From Ramazzottius varieornatus (taxonomy: Eukaryota; Animalia; Tardigrada), in NCBI GenBank assembly GCA_001949185.1, contig BDGG01000004.1:2009620-2073619 (forward strand): 64,000 bases of DNA, read 5' to 3'. Shown here in pieces: positions 14,401 through 26,432 of this stretch (position 1 is the first letter of the stretch; every line of letters starts with the position of its first letter). Both the position numbers and the translations under genes were made by a program. The notes below the pieces were generated by a model. It made no database searches. It was not told the origin of the DNA and worked only from the letters and a program-made list of their open reading frames with translations.

Positions 14401-16434
14401 ATGAACGTTATTCCGCGTTCGGATTCAGGATACAAGCGCATCTCCGGTTCCGCGGCCAATGTCCGCCACGGCAGCTTCACCAACGACAACGTGAGTAACT
14501 CTGGTACTTCGACATCCAGTCTTCGGAGTTCGCAAAATTTCAGTCGGGCCAGTGGGGAATACACTCCGTTAGCTTCGGAAATTTGGGCAGCCCCCACTCA
14601 ACAGTCCTCTTCTGCTGCCCTGCAGAACCGCGCGGCCATCTACGACAGCTTCATCACGGCCAAAGCGGACCTGAAGAGTCCCCAACTGGGAACCACGAAT
14701 AGTGATCTGGCCGCACGGAACGTCATCCGATCGAGATCATTCTACAACATAAAAGCTTTGGGGACGCCAGAACAACACCAGCGCGCACACAGCGATGACA
14801 TTGTGGACCTTGAAGACCCTGACTCTGCAGCGTCGGTCACTGACGTTCGAGTCAATATTCAACGGGAAAAATCGTTGCGACTTCTCCGCGGTGTGGCACC
14901 ATCTCCGCATCTGACGTCTTCGAGGACTCCCAGTGGTAGTATTTCCTACATTGCATGGGACGACTCTTTCCATGGAGTAACCCTACCTCCATTGAAAATA
15001 TGGACTGAAGAGGCATTGCTGCAGTTTGGCCACACTGCTTATCATGACGAGGTTCGGATAATTCTCAACAGGAATATTTTCCCTAAATTGTCCAGATACG
15101 CTGAAATGAATTTCCTAATTCCAGAATCTCAGCCAGATTACGGATTATTTATACATGTGGGTATTTAGCCTTTCGCGACTGGTTTTGTGAGAAATGATAT
15201 CGGGGTGCCTGCCAAAGTGGTTCTTTGTGTTGTAGTGGAGACATTTATGCAGCCAACAATGAACACCTGCTGTGTCGACTCAACGTGGATGCCATCGTAC
15301 GTGAAAGGTTCCCGTTTTGTTGGGGCTAATTACGCATGTTTTGTGAGGCCACTTCCTGTCTGTTATATGTTCGTTCATACCACGTCGGTTGCCTTATAGG
15401 TTGATCTCTCCAATTTACGGCCCGAAGACTTGCGGAAGTTGAAGGCCTGCCACATACCGTACGCTTAGCCTTTTTTAACCCTTAAAGTATTTTTTGTGTT
15501 TGAATTGTGCTAAAAACTTTTTAGGTGCACCTGTCCTGTCAACGCAAACCATCAAAGGGCAAAATTGATCATCGGAGTGAAGAACTCCGAGGCGGAAGAA
15601 ATTGCGGCGTACTTCGACGAAATGTGAGGTTTTCTTCGTTGAGTTACTCTTCATAAATTAACGATCGTATAACGCATTGTCTTTCCGCGTTGCAGAAATC
15701 GATTCATTGAATGTAAGTGCGTTTGAAGGACCGAAGGCAGGGTGGTATTCCTGCTATTAGCTCATAGCTAGGTTGAGCATCGATCAAATTGTGATCTGCT
15801 CAGACGAGCCATCGTTAGCTGTCTCACACTGCCCATCAGGGGTTCACGTTTTTTCTGTGTCTGGATCACTCTCAAAACTGATCGATCCGACACACCGGTA
15901 GACCGCAAGCCCACACCTTCGGGCTCCTGTGACAATGACAAGCAATATCTACTCCACCTATGTTTACAATTTTGATGCCTGCCTCAGTAAGCTTCCACCA
16001 CAGAAAAACTGATCACGCATTGTGGAACGCTTCATCAACCATTCTGAGGTGAAAAAGCCGGACCATTTTGTCGGCCAGTCACCAGAGAGGCAGATGAAAA
16101 CACAGACTATAAAAATTTCTGGCATGAAATTAAACCATCACAACAGAAATCGGAATGTGTTGTGTTTTTAGCGATTCGCCGGAGTGGTCGCAAAGTACTC
16201 GTCCATTCAGTTCGCGGTCAAGGAAGGTCCGCTGTCGCCGTCATTCAGTACCTAATGCAGATTCACCACTTACCGATGCAATCAGCGTTCCGTGTCACCA
16301 AACTATCCCGAACGCTGAAGATCAACCCTGTGTTCCGCGAAACTTTGGAGTTCCTGGAGAGTCAACTGCGGAACGAAGGGAAGCTGCCACCCGTCCAGCC
16401 GCAAAGAATCCTGGCCCCTCGTGTGTTGGCGTAG
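14401..16434 (+). CDS. Dual-specificity-phosphatase-fold protein, predicted pseudophosphatase, with a long Ser-rich N-terminus
   Basis: Spliced exons give SQITDYLYIGDIYAANNEHLLCRLNVDAIVDLS...IAAYFDEINRFIESIRRSGRKVLVHSVRGQGRSAVAVIQYLMQ...KINPVFRETL, which is the DSPc layout. The signature reads HSxxGxxRS instead of HCxxGxxRS. Confidence 0.8.
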
Positions 16435-17340
16435 GAGTTCCCGTTTTTTTGCACATTGTATTACCAAGTTGAACGATCGCGGTTGGCCGCTCTGGAAGAT
16501 ATCCTTTTGATATTCGAACAAGAGCGGTTCACAACATGCAAGCTATTTAGTATTCGCGCACCTGCCTACTCGCGTCCCCCTGGATTCAAATCTTTCGATC
16601 TTTCCCGTTTCTAACCGCTCACTCCCTGACGTTGAACCCGCACGGCTCTTCTCTGATACTCTAGTTTACTTTAAGTTGACGAATCTTTTGCTACGGAGTG
16701 ATAAACGACAGTTAAATTGACATTGGGCTTAAACGGACATTGGGCTTTTGTCAACCCGGAAGTACGAGTACCATTCTGCCAAAGGCCGGCAAGAATGTTT
16801 CATGATGGTGTTAACGGAGTCAACGTAACACCTTCAGAAATCTATCGTTCTTCCTGCAAGTTGTGTTACTCGGCAAGTGCTCGGCTCTGCTCCGACAGAC
16901 AAAGAGGCTCTCGCCCTGTGACCGCATGTATTCCCCAACAGGAACAGGCTCACTAGTCTAGGCTTCGCTGGACGAGGATCTTTCACCCCAACTCACGACC
17001 GATCCAGGCCAGAAGATTTATCAATTCGAGGCCTGGCAACTAGCCCTAGCAAGTAACAGGAGGAATCAAGCCGGAAGTTGATCAGACTTCTACCCTATCC
17101 TCAACAAGCCTCTCAGAGATGCCACCAGCAAGCTCAGGGCGTAAAGGGAACACAGAAACAGGATGCAACACGGGGAAGATATTACATCCAAACAATCAGC
17201 ATGAGCCAATCAAGAGCAAGACCGTTAGGTACAACCAAAAGAGAGAACTGACTTGTGTAAGCCTTGGCACGATGCCTTGCAAGGCATCCACAGCTGGGAA
17301 GCTGGAAATGCTCAAAGGCTCTCTTGCCACAACCTTACCT

Positions 17341-17363
17341 AACATGACATGACATGACATGAC
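17341..17363 (+). repeat. (ACATG)n microsatellite, about 4.5 units
   Basis: aacatgacatgacatgacatgac read directly from the sequence. Confidence 0.8.
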
Positions 17364-17466
17364 TTAACATAACACCGAGAGTCGCCACAGGCACTCGGGT
17401 GACAATGGTCTTACGAACTAATACAGTATTTATAATCTCAAAATCTGATGGGTGATCTTAAGTAAC

Positions 17467-18258
17467 CTAAGTTTGCCGTGTCATGCAGATTAATATAGCG
17501 AGAAGTAGAAACACCAGCTCAGCTGCATGAAAGGCAATCAAAATGGACCCCAGAATGTAATCAGCTCGCGTAACAAATGTCTGCCAGAGCATCGTATGTA
17601 TACCAATGAGAAGAACCGCTGGCGTAAGGATGGTGCACAGGAAGAGTGGGCTCAGCCGCTGAGTCAAGTAGCCTTTCTTCCCTAGAAGAAAGCCGTATTT
17701 CAATTAAGATTGTCTGAACCTCGGACACTCTTGCGCTTTTGGATACCATGCAGCCCTTTCGGTAAGTCGCACCGACTTACCGAAAGAAAATCGGAGGGCA
17801 TCAAGAATGACCAACAGTAGCAGGAGCACCGTATCCAGTCCTATGTCGTCCGCACTATACGGTAAACGCAGTTGGGTTCCTGCAGCATAGGGATACTTCG
17901 ATGACCGCTGTACTGCATGCAGTGGGATCCAATAATCCAGTTAGTTCCACCTACCCTTCTGTATGAAAAGAACGATTTCGCCGATGATAAATGCTATGTC
18001 GTAAAATATGTTTAACATAAACAGTATTGCGAGGATGACGGCAACATTCTGCAAGTTCAAATATAGGATGTAAATTTAGCATATGAAAGACCAGGCGGTA
18101 TGTGCGAGAGCCACTGACCTTCTGGGAGTTGGAAGTGTATATCTTCTTTGTGAATTCTGGAAAAAAATAAGTACAATGCACAAACAGATATCCGGGAAAC
18201 CACTTCGTCTCTGGATGGATGATTGCTTACTGGGGGACGACGCGTCGAAAATGGCCAT
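17467..18258 (-). CDS. TMEM216/TMEM80/TMEM17-family ciliary transition-zone membrane protein
   Basis: Five exons give MAIFDASSPK|FTKKIYTSNSQK|NVAVILAILFMLNIFYDIAFIIGEIVLFIQKG|TQLRLPYSADDIGLDTVLLLLLVILDALRFSFG|KKGYLTQRLSPLFLCTILT...WQTFVTRADYILGSILIAFHAAELVF. This follows the TMEM216 pattern (ILFFLN..ELFIFLYKG..LPY..LD..IRLFFGTKGNLCQR..LQTYVLR). The start is tentative. Confidence 0.8.
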
Positions 18259-19310
18259 CTTTCCGGGTCCACAACAGCATGCGAAATTCTGCACTGAAAT
18301 CACCTTGAAATGACAGCGACTATTCTTTTATTTTTGACACAATCAAAGATAAAAATTCTGTGTTTCGAGCAATGTGAGTAGCGGCATTAGCCTACCATCC
18401 GACAGTACGGAATAGAGTAAGATTAATTGAGTGGTGAAAGTAAAACGGATCGATTCCAGCCTTCCAGGCGATCCATCTGCGGCGTTCACCTGGGAATCGG
18501 TAGGTGTTCGATCGTCCAGGAACTTTACACTACGTACATGTATTTCACCGATGAAATCTTTTTCAGGCCGAGCGAAGCGAGGCCCTTTTAAGTCTCTCGA
18601 GATATCAATGGACGATCAGATTGTTCGAGCTTTCACATATCGAAAACTCTACTGAAAACAAATGCGTAACTTGATCCGGGCAACAGAAATTTTTTACTCG
18701 CAATTGCAACGTAACGCAGTAGAAATGTGTGGCCTATAATCTTTTGCCTCCTTTGCTCGGCCTTCCCAGTGGTCAGAACCACTAGCTAGTAGGTCGTAAT
18801 GGGTGCTTCGGTGTTCTGTTAAGGAAGCGCATTGGTTTCCGCAAACGGAAATACAGTGAGGGCTTGAGAAGAAGTGAAGAACCGACATCTTTTGACCGGC
18901 TGGCCAGTGTTTTGACAGAACAACCATGAATATGCTGAAATGAGGTGAGATGACATCACACAACGTTCTGGGGGAGCATGCAGTGATATGTGATGTAAGT
19001 CATGTCAGCTGGTGATAACACAATCACTTGATCGTGATCGCGGTCCAAAAGGTCCAGATTCCGATTTCTGATCGAAGTTTGGAGCATTCGAAACAACCCG
19101 ATTTGTTGTCTAACGTCGACGTTATCTTGAAGGTCCATCCCGAGGAAAGCCAGGTCGGCAGAACGCAGTCACGGAATCCACGTATTCGGTACGCAAAAGT
19201 CGCCCCGTCAAAGCATCAAAAACTTGTCAGAATTCTTCACCGCCATCTTTCTAACTTTGATGCTTGCTTGACTACACGAGAAGATATTGTGATCTCTTAC
19301 GAAACTTACA

Positions 19311-20301
19311 ATGACAACAACCAGCAATGTTTCTACGGTCCGCATGAACTTTCATTCGGAGAGCGAGGTGAGTCTCCTTATTTTGTCTCAACTTCAAATC
19401 CCAACTCCTGACAACTGCTATAATTACCCACCATGATTTTCAGGCTGCCATCAATCGTCAGATCAACTTGGAGCTCTACGCTAGCTACGTCTACTTCTCG
19501 ATGGTACGTGAGCACAGTTAGGATTAAAGTCTGTAAAATGAAGATATTTCATCCGGACCCAGAAGTGAGTTTGTCTATTTTGTTGTAGTACGGCTTCTTC
19601 GACAGAGATGATGTTGCTCTGCATGGATTTGCCAAGTTCTTCAAGCACCAGTCCGAAGAAGAAAGAGAGCATGCTCAGAAGTAAGTACCTACTGATGCCA
19701 ACCAACGATCCGGTCTTCAGCCACATGAAGCACTGGGTGTCCATGTCATAGCTGGTTACCGTGTCATATGTACATATGGGTTTGCGGTTTTCAGATTGAT
19801 GGAGTACCAGAATCTTCGCGGTGGTCGAATTGTCTTGGCCGATGTGAAGGTAAAGGGATCTGAGGACCAAGGCTATTCGAGTCAATTCGATTTTACTCTA
19901 AGTTACAGAAGCCGGAGCGTGACGAGTGGGGTAACGGTCTTGATGCCATGCAAAGTGCTCTCCAACTTGAAAAGAACGTCAATGCAGCACTTCTGGAGCT
20001 CCACAGTATCGCCTCCAAACACAACGACGTTCAGGTGAGCTCTTTGCCAGTTCAAATAAACCTACCAAATCTCGTATGATGGCTCCGAAGCCAATGACCA
20101 ATGTACCGGTAACAGATGTCGGTCACCACAAATCCTTTTCTGCTTGAACAGATGACAGATTTCCTGGAAGGAGAGTACCTGAAGGAGCAGGTGGAAAGTA
20201 TAAACGAGATCGCCAAGTACATCACCATGCTCAAACGCGTTGGACCCGGCCTTGGAGAACACCAGTTCGACCGGGAAGTGCTTCTGGAGCTCAAATATTA
20301 G
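19311..20301 (+). CDS. Ferritin, cytosolic heavy-chain type
   Basis: [10 protein letters not shown]|[20 protein letters not shown]|[31 protein letters not shown]|[40 protein letters not shown]. Ferroxidase-centre residues are present and there is no signal peptide. Confidence 0.96.
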
Positions 20302-21233
20302 CTAGATCATTTTCAGTCGCCTAACTACTGCTAACAGGACAGGGAACTACCTGGCGCGAGAAGACTGAATACGCGCTGCTTTCTTTCGCATATTCAAACT
20401 CCTGATATGTGCACCTCATCGCCTTAGCACATTCTTTACGAACGCTCTGGTCTTTTAACTGTTTTACAAATGCATTTTATTGGTCCAGTGTTTTCCATTT
20501 TCAAGTTTAACGAGTTACTTCGCCGTTACTGTTTCTACGCCGAACAGCAGTGACGGAAGGCAATAAAACGCTCATGTTTTCGAATGGACTGTTTTCGGCT
20601 TGGGTACTTGGACTTATCAGATGAACTCATGAGTGCAGACTTCAAGGTCCATTAAAAGATACTGATCCCAGTTGATTTTCCCCGTAACTGGCCAAGCATG
20701 ACTACATTTTACGACACACGGAAATGCCCTGCTCAACCTACGACATTCGATCGTGCCACAGGAAGCTCAAAAACTTTCGCGAATCGCATTCTCTATCAAC
20801 CAGTTACTCTCCGCAGAGTGTACTTCGGCGGGTTCTCGGCCGGGCCCGGAAGAGGCTCTTGACGTGGTCATACGAAAATCACAGATAACGAAGTACTCCA
20901 TTACACTTACTCTTGTGAAAAATAACAGAGTTTTGGGCGAACTTGACTTAGTGTGAAAATACCACCCAAGCACTCATTGCCACGACAGATTCAAAAAAAA
21001 CGATCAGCAAATATTAATATAATATAATATTAATATATCAAAGCAAGCACAAAATCATCTGTTGCCCCGGAATGAACAGCGCAAAATTTCCAAGTAAATC
21101 AAAAAAAGCTGTTAGGTACAGCTGGAGTACCTGTATCGAAGTCAAAGATAAAACATCAAAGTCAAGACGACGGATGCGGAAAGCTAGAGTAGCTCCACCT
21201 ACAGCCGGCCACTAACAGGAGGACCGGAAGTTT

Positions 21234-23439
21234 TCAAACCACTTCAAGATACAGCATTAATGGAATATGGGTACTCCCAACAATATTTCTGCAAAGATGG
21301 AGCGGAGTATGTATCGACAGGGCATCAGAGATTGAAAATGCAGTGGTCATGCAAGACGGACGACTTACGCGAAATGGTGGATACCGCACACTTGGGGAAG
21401 TATGGCTTTCGAGATCAGGAAGTAGTCGAGTCGCCTAGAGGAACAAAAGAGAATGTAATGCAAAAGGTAGCCATAATGCTAGGGCGAAATCAGAAGAAAA
21501 GCGCAGTATAGTACCATGCCGATGCAGTTTTCTTTGTTGAGCGTGGAGCAAACCAGGTATAACACTGTTCTACCGCAGGATTTAGCGTCCGATAGACATC
21601 AACCAAATTTACACTACTCAAGGTGGTATTGATGCTATTCCTTTCTTCCACACTGGAACCCGGTACTTTTCGTACCGACGGTTTGTATATGTCCATATCC
21701 TGGACCGCTACGTTGAGGTCACCTGCCACAATTACGGGCTTCTTTTCTTGCAAGGAGGTGAGAAACTTTCGAAGATCCTCTTCCCAAAGCAATCTGTCTT
21801 GTAGGTTCTTCAAATTCGTCGAAGAACTCGGTACATCTGAAAGCCCACAACATATATAGTAAGGTTACATTCGTTGAACAGCAGTTTACTTTTAATCCAC
21901 GTGTCAAAGAGGTCTCGCCCCACACGATCGCGAAAACCTACAGGTATTCACTATGTAGAATGCAGGGTATTCCGCTGTGATTACATGGCCCATCGACGCA
22001 AACTCTTCTCCATTTGATCCTGCAACATACCGTAAATCATTCAGAGACCAAAATTCTCGACAGAGAAAGAACAGTTCCGCAAAACGAAACTAGGGCATTC
22101 ATACTCGAAAATCCATAAAGCACATTGAGCGGCTTGTTCTTCGACAAGATGGCTACTCCGGCTTCGTTCTTGCTCTTTCCATGATACCAGTAGGCGTATG
22201 TGGTTCCCACATTTACACCCAGTTGGAGGAGCTCTTCTCCTTCGGTTTTGGTCTCTTGTAGGCACACAACGTCAGGTAGCAGAGCGTTGATTTCTACCCA
22301 CGTGTTTTTCTTGAGAATGAAATTACTTCCTTAGTACAGTTTATCACAGTATATACCGGTATCCTCAACATAATTGTTCAGTGTTTCTTACCGGTAGAAA
22401 CGTCGAAAGACCGCCAATGTTGTACGACAGTATCTGGAGGCTGGGAGTTTTTCCCGGCAGCAGCGCCACTTTCGGTGGTGGGTTCGGAAGGACGGCCGGG
22501 CTCGATTCAACTTCCACCTTTCGCGTTTCCGCTAGTTCCTATCAAAATCCACAGAAAACCTTCCATCACGACCCTCAATTTAACACTTCGGCAACTCGCG
22601 TTCATCTCTTTCAATATATACCTGTCGCGTAAACGCCGACTCGTCGGGAAAGGCGAGATGACGAGAGCTTTTTGACAGCGCAGCTTCTGTTTCATCACTT
22701 GGTTTCTTGAGGATCCCTTTTGGTGCTTCGGAGTTGTCCTTCAGCTTGAGTATTTTGGGCAACGGGGCTCCACCAAGCTCCGTGTCTTCCGACCTCTTCC
22801 CCTTCCGTGAATGCCTCGTTTGCACTTGAGCGTAAACCCTGTAAACAAGACCATAGAGGCGTCACTAAATATAAAGTAAAAAAGGAACACCGCGAAGAAG
22901 AGCAACGATACTTTCACTCACACTTTCTGCTTTGCGCGTAATCGTCCACTCCTCGACCAGTTCGTCCCCTGATTTCCCTCACCGGAAAGAGGGCCGACAT
23001 CGCCGGCAGAAGAATTCGGCTCTGGTAAAGACTGTCCTGTACTCTCCTCTTGGATTTGAGACAAAGGTGGGCTCTCATCTGTCGGTTCCTTAGTCAGGAG
23101 TCCTGTCTCTTCAGACGCTGAAACTTCAGATGGTGGGGGAGAGGCTTCCGGCGTTGTGTTAGTCCGTTCTGTCACGCCCGACAGCTTACGTAACGCCTAA
23201 ACAAAGGGTATCTAAATAAATACATGGTAAAATTATGTTCTCAAAGGCTATCGACTAACTAGTATTGTTCCTGGGAGAATGGTCTGCCGGCGGTCAGAGC
23301 GTCTAGTTGTGTTGATGGACGACCCGTCGATGGGAAGAGCTGCAGTAGGTGAGCTACTAGGGACGTCCAAGTCCAGCGAAGCTTCGATGGAAGATACGGT
23401 CAGTGTTTCGTTTGACGACGATGGTGGGTCCGCTTCCAT
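21234..23439 (-). CDS. AP endonuclease (APE1/ExoIII family) with a long low-complexity N-terminal extension
   Basis: QILSYNIGGL, PDVVCLQETKT, AGVAILSK, YVPNS, IVAGDLNVA, LVDVYRTLNP..YTWF, WRLDYFLIS, GSTHIP. The N-terminal exons are S/T/P/E-rich with basic NLS-like stretches. The start is tentative. Confidence 0.88.
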
Positions 23440-24225
23440 AGTGAAAGGCGCTGGATAGCAGCGGAAGGTTCAGAGGACGACGCAAACAACGTTGAACAAG
23501 GCAACAGTCCTCAGCATTGACACACCCGTCTCGGGGCAATTGTGGTGCCGCCGTTGAGAACCTTCAAACTCGAACACGATTCCTCCGTATAGCTGATTGA
23601 GGAGTAGCTTTCTAACCTGATGATTTCAGGATGCACATGCACACTGTATTCCAGAAGAGTACGTGACTGCAGACGACTTCGGACAACGTCCGACGTGATC
23701 GTTCCTCCTCCTCCAACGTAAGAAATGAACGTCCCCAGTTCCCGACAGTCCGTCCTTCTAGTTCGAAATATGGGAGCAAGATGATGAAAGCAGACGCCCC
23801 GAGATCGAGAGTTTAATTCGTACAAGAACTGAGAAGGTCCAGATTAGGCTGATTAGCCATTAGCTCATTCGCGCTCTGCGTGTTAAGCTGTGGTTCAGGT
23901 CGTTTGATTACTTGAGCAGCATGAAAATTCCGCCAAAAATCAAGTTAACTAACAAATACATCCACGAATTTGCGTAAAATATCTGTTCTTTTGTAGCGCT
24001 CTTAGAAAAATGAAAACAGTCTCACAGCTGATCAAACTCAACAGACTTTGAGCCGTGGATTTCTTGATTGCCGAAACTCGGCCAGTAAGTGATTTTCTGC
24101 CACTTCGTGGTCTCCGGCTGCTCCTGTACCTCCGGATCCTTCCATCTTCTTTCTTACAACTGTTTGTTCCCTTCCCTCACGCTGCTGAACGGTGGGTGTT
24201 TCTTCCAGGCTTTCGACTGTTCTGG

Positions 24226-26054
24226 ATGTTACGAGCGTTACGAAGGATAACAACGTCCACCATGTCCAAAGACAGCCGGAAGTCGAGAACACCCGATAGT
24301 AAACAGTCCAAGATCACCGCCTTTTTCGTCAAAACTCCGCCAACGAAGCCTCCCCGCTCCTTAAGACTGTCACCCTGTAAGCAACCGGTTTCTGCTGCAG
24401 ATGCATCCACCGTAAGTTGGCCCCGGTTTGACACTTAACCGATGATGCTCTTATCATCGTGTATGTAGTTAATTTCTCTAGAGTGGCTGGAAACATTCAC
24501 TTGCGAACCAAGACGATTCGACTGCTGAGCCACCGCGCAAGGTTGCCCATACCCTGGAGAAGATAGATGTCCACGAAAACCTGACGCCAGAAGACGTAGA
24601 TGCGACACAAGTGGAACGAGAGACAGCTCGTCCAGGTGGTATCTTACATGTTCAAGGCTATGCCAAAGCCGAAGTGGCAACAGAGGATGTGACACCTGTT
24701 GCAAGTACCAGTGTCCCGACAGCTGAGCAACGTCAACACATCCACGAGAACTACATGCGGGCTTTGCTGATCCGAACAAGCAGAACCAATCCAGTCGTGC
24801 CAGAAACAGTGGGGGCTTCCTGGTTCGAAGTACTGCACGAAGAGTTCAAGAAACCGTATTTCCAGAAGTTGTCGCAGTTCGTCACGGAAGAGCGCGAAAG
24901 AAAGGTTGTGTATCCACCAGCGCATCAGGTGTTCGCGTGGACCGAACACTTCCCCATCCAGGAAGTAAGTACAAAGCCTCTTGGTATCAGTGTCTAGCTA
25001 TGTTTGAAGGCTTGCGGTTGTTCCAGTCTTTCCTTCCTTGCAGACGAAGGTGGTGATTTTAGGACAAGTAAGTTTGCTGTCGGGATGTCTCGCGATGGTG
25101 CTTTTGCTGTTGCAGATCAATGAGTTTGATCTACCGTCTATATTTTCTGTTTTCAGGATCCGTATCACGGTCCAGGCCAGGCTCATGGTAAGACGATTTT
25201 TTCGGCAATAGAGGACAATCGAATTGACTTACGGTGATTTTTTTGCATGCCACTAAAGCACTTAAATAATCCGCTTGCGCAGGTTTGAGTTTTTCGGTGC
25301 CGAACGGAGTGGTTCCACCCAGAAGTCTGGTCAATATTTACCAAGAACTGGCGAAGGAATATCCAGGAATTGTTTTGCCCAAAGGCGGAAACTTGACCGG
25401 ATGGGTGAGGCAGGGTAGGTAGATCCCAACAGCAGTACTGTATGTGGTAGCTCTGAACTTGGCGAAGCTCGGAGGCTTCGTCAAACAGTACGCCGTACGC
25501 GTTTACTGTGCGAAGCCGCGGCGGATCATTGAATGCTATACTTCTTGTCCAAGGTGTGCTCTTGCTGAATGCTTGCTTGACTGTGAGAGCCGGAGAAGCT
25601 AACAGCCATGCGGGACATGGCTGGGAAGAATTCACCGACGCTGTGATCATGGTAAGATTGAACTCGTACCGCGTGACTTCTAGTCTCCGAAAAACATGCA
25701 TTGCGAGTTCTAAAATGTTCACCAACTTTTACAGTGGCTGAATGAGCATCTGACGGGAGTCGTCTTCCTGCTTTGGGGACGAAACGCGCAAATGAAAGGC
25801 GTGAAGATCAATCCTGTAAGTTGCACCGTGTATCTCCATCAGGTTGACAGATCTTATCAACTACGAACAGTTTTGCTCGATAACTTGTTTCTGGTTTACA
25901 ATGTTCAGTCCTGTAGAAACGCCATCACGTCCTCAAAGCAGCACATCCTTCTCCGCTGTCGGCTACCAAGTTCTTCGGCTGTGGCCACTTCACACAAACG
26001 AACGAGCTACTACTGAAGCAGGGAAAGCACCCGATTGACTGGTCCGACCTATGA
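24226..26054 (+). CDS. UNG: Uracil-DNA glycosylase (family 1)
   Basis: [30 protein letters not shown]|[10 protein letters not shown]|[55 protein letters not shown]-box QSKITAFF near the N-terminus. Two in-frame ATGs at 24226 and 24262. Confidence 0.96.
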
Positions 26055-26432
26055 GGAAGTTGGTCTTAGCATACCAGAAGTGCGGACGAAACACCTCTTC
26101 TTTGTTAGCTTACGTCAAAATTTTCTTTTGTTTGCCAAAGATGTAAGAAGTGATCTGATTTTTATTTCTCTAAGAAAACTCGTTCTACAATGAAACTCTG
26201 AAGGACTTCCTAGTCCTTATGAGACCTTCCGTTGTACAGTAACGCATAACATGTGAGGAAGTTTACTGCTAGACGACCGTGATGAAACTAAGTTCCTTCT
26301 GCCGAGCATAGAATGTACAGAATTACTTCAGTAGCCGACACATCGTACTGTTGAACAAGAATTGTTGAATAAAAAACAAGCCGAAAACGAAGCGGCTGCA
26401 GCCTGCTGGTGGTAAAGAAAACTGAACCAAGT

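Noticed and set aside
18975-18992. IRE-like CAGTGA loop with a 5-bp upper stem upstream of ferritin
   Set aside because: The bulge position is A rather than C, there is no lower stem, two of the five pairs are G-U, and it lies about 330 nt from the ATG.
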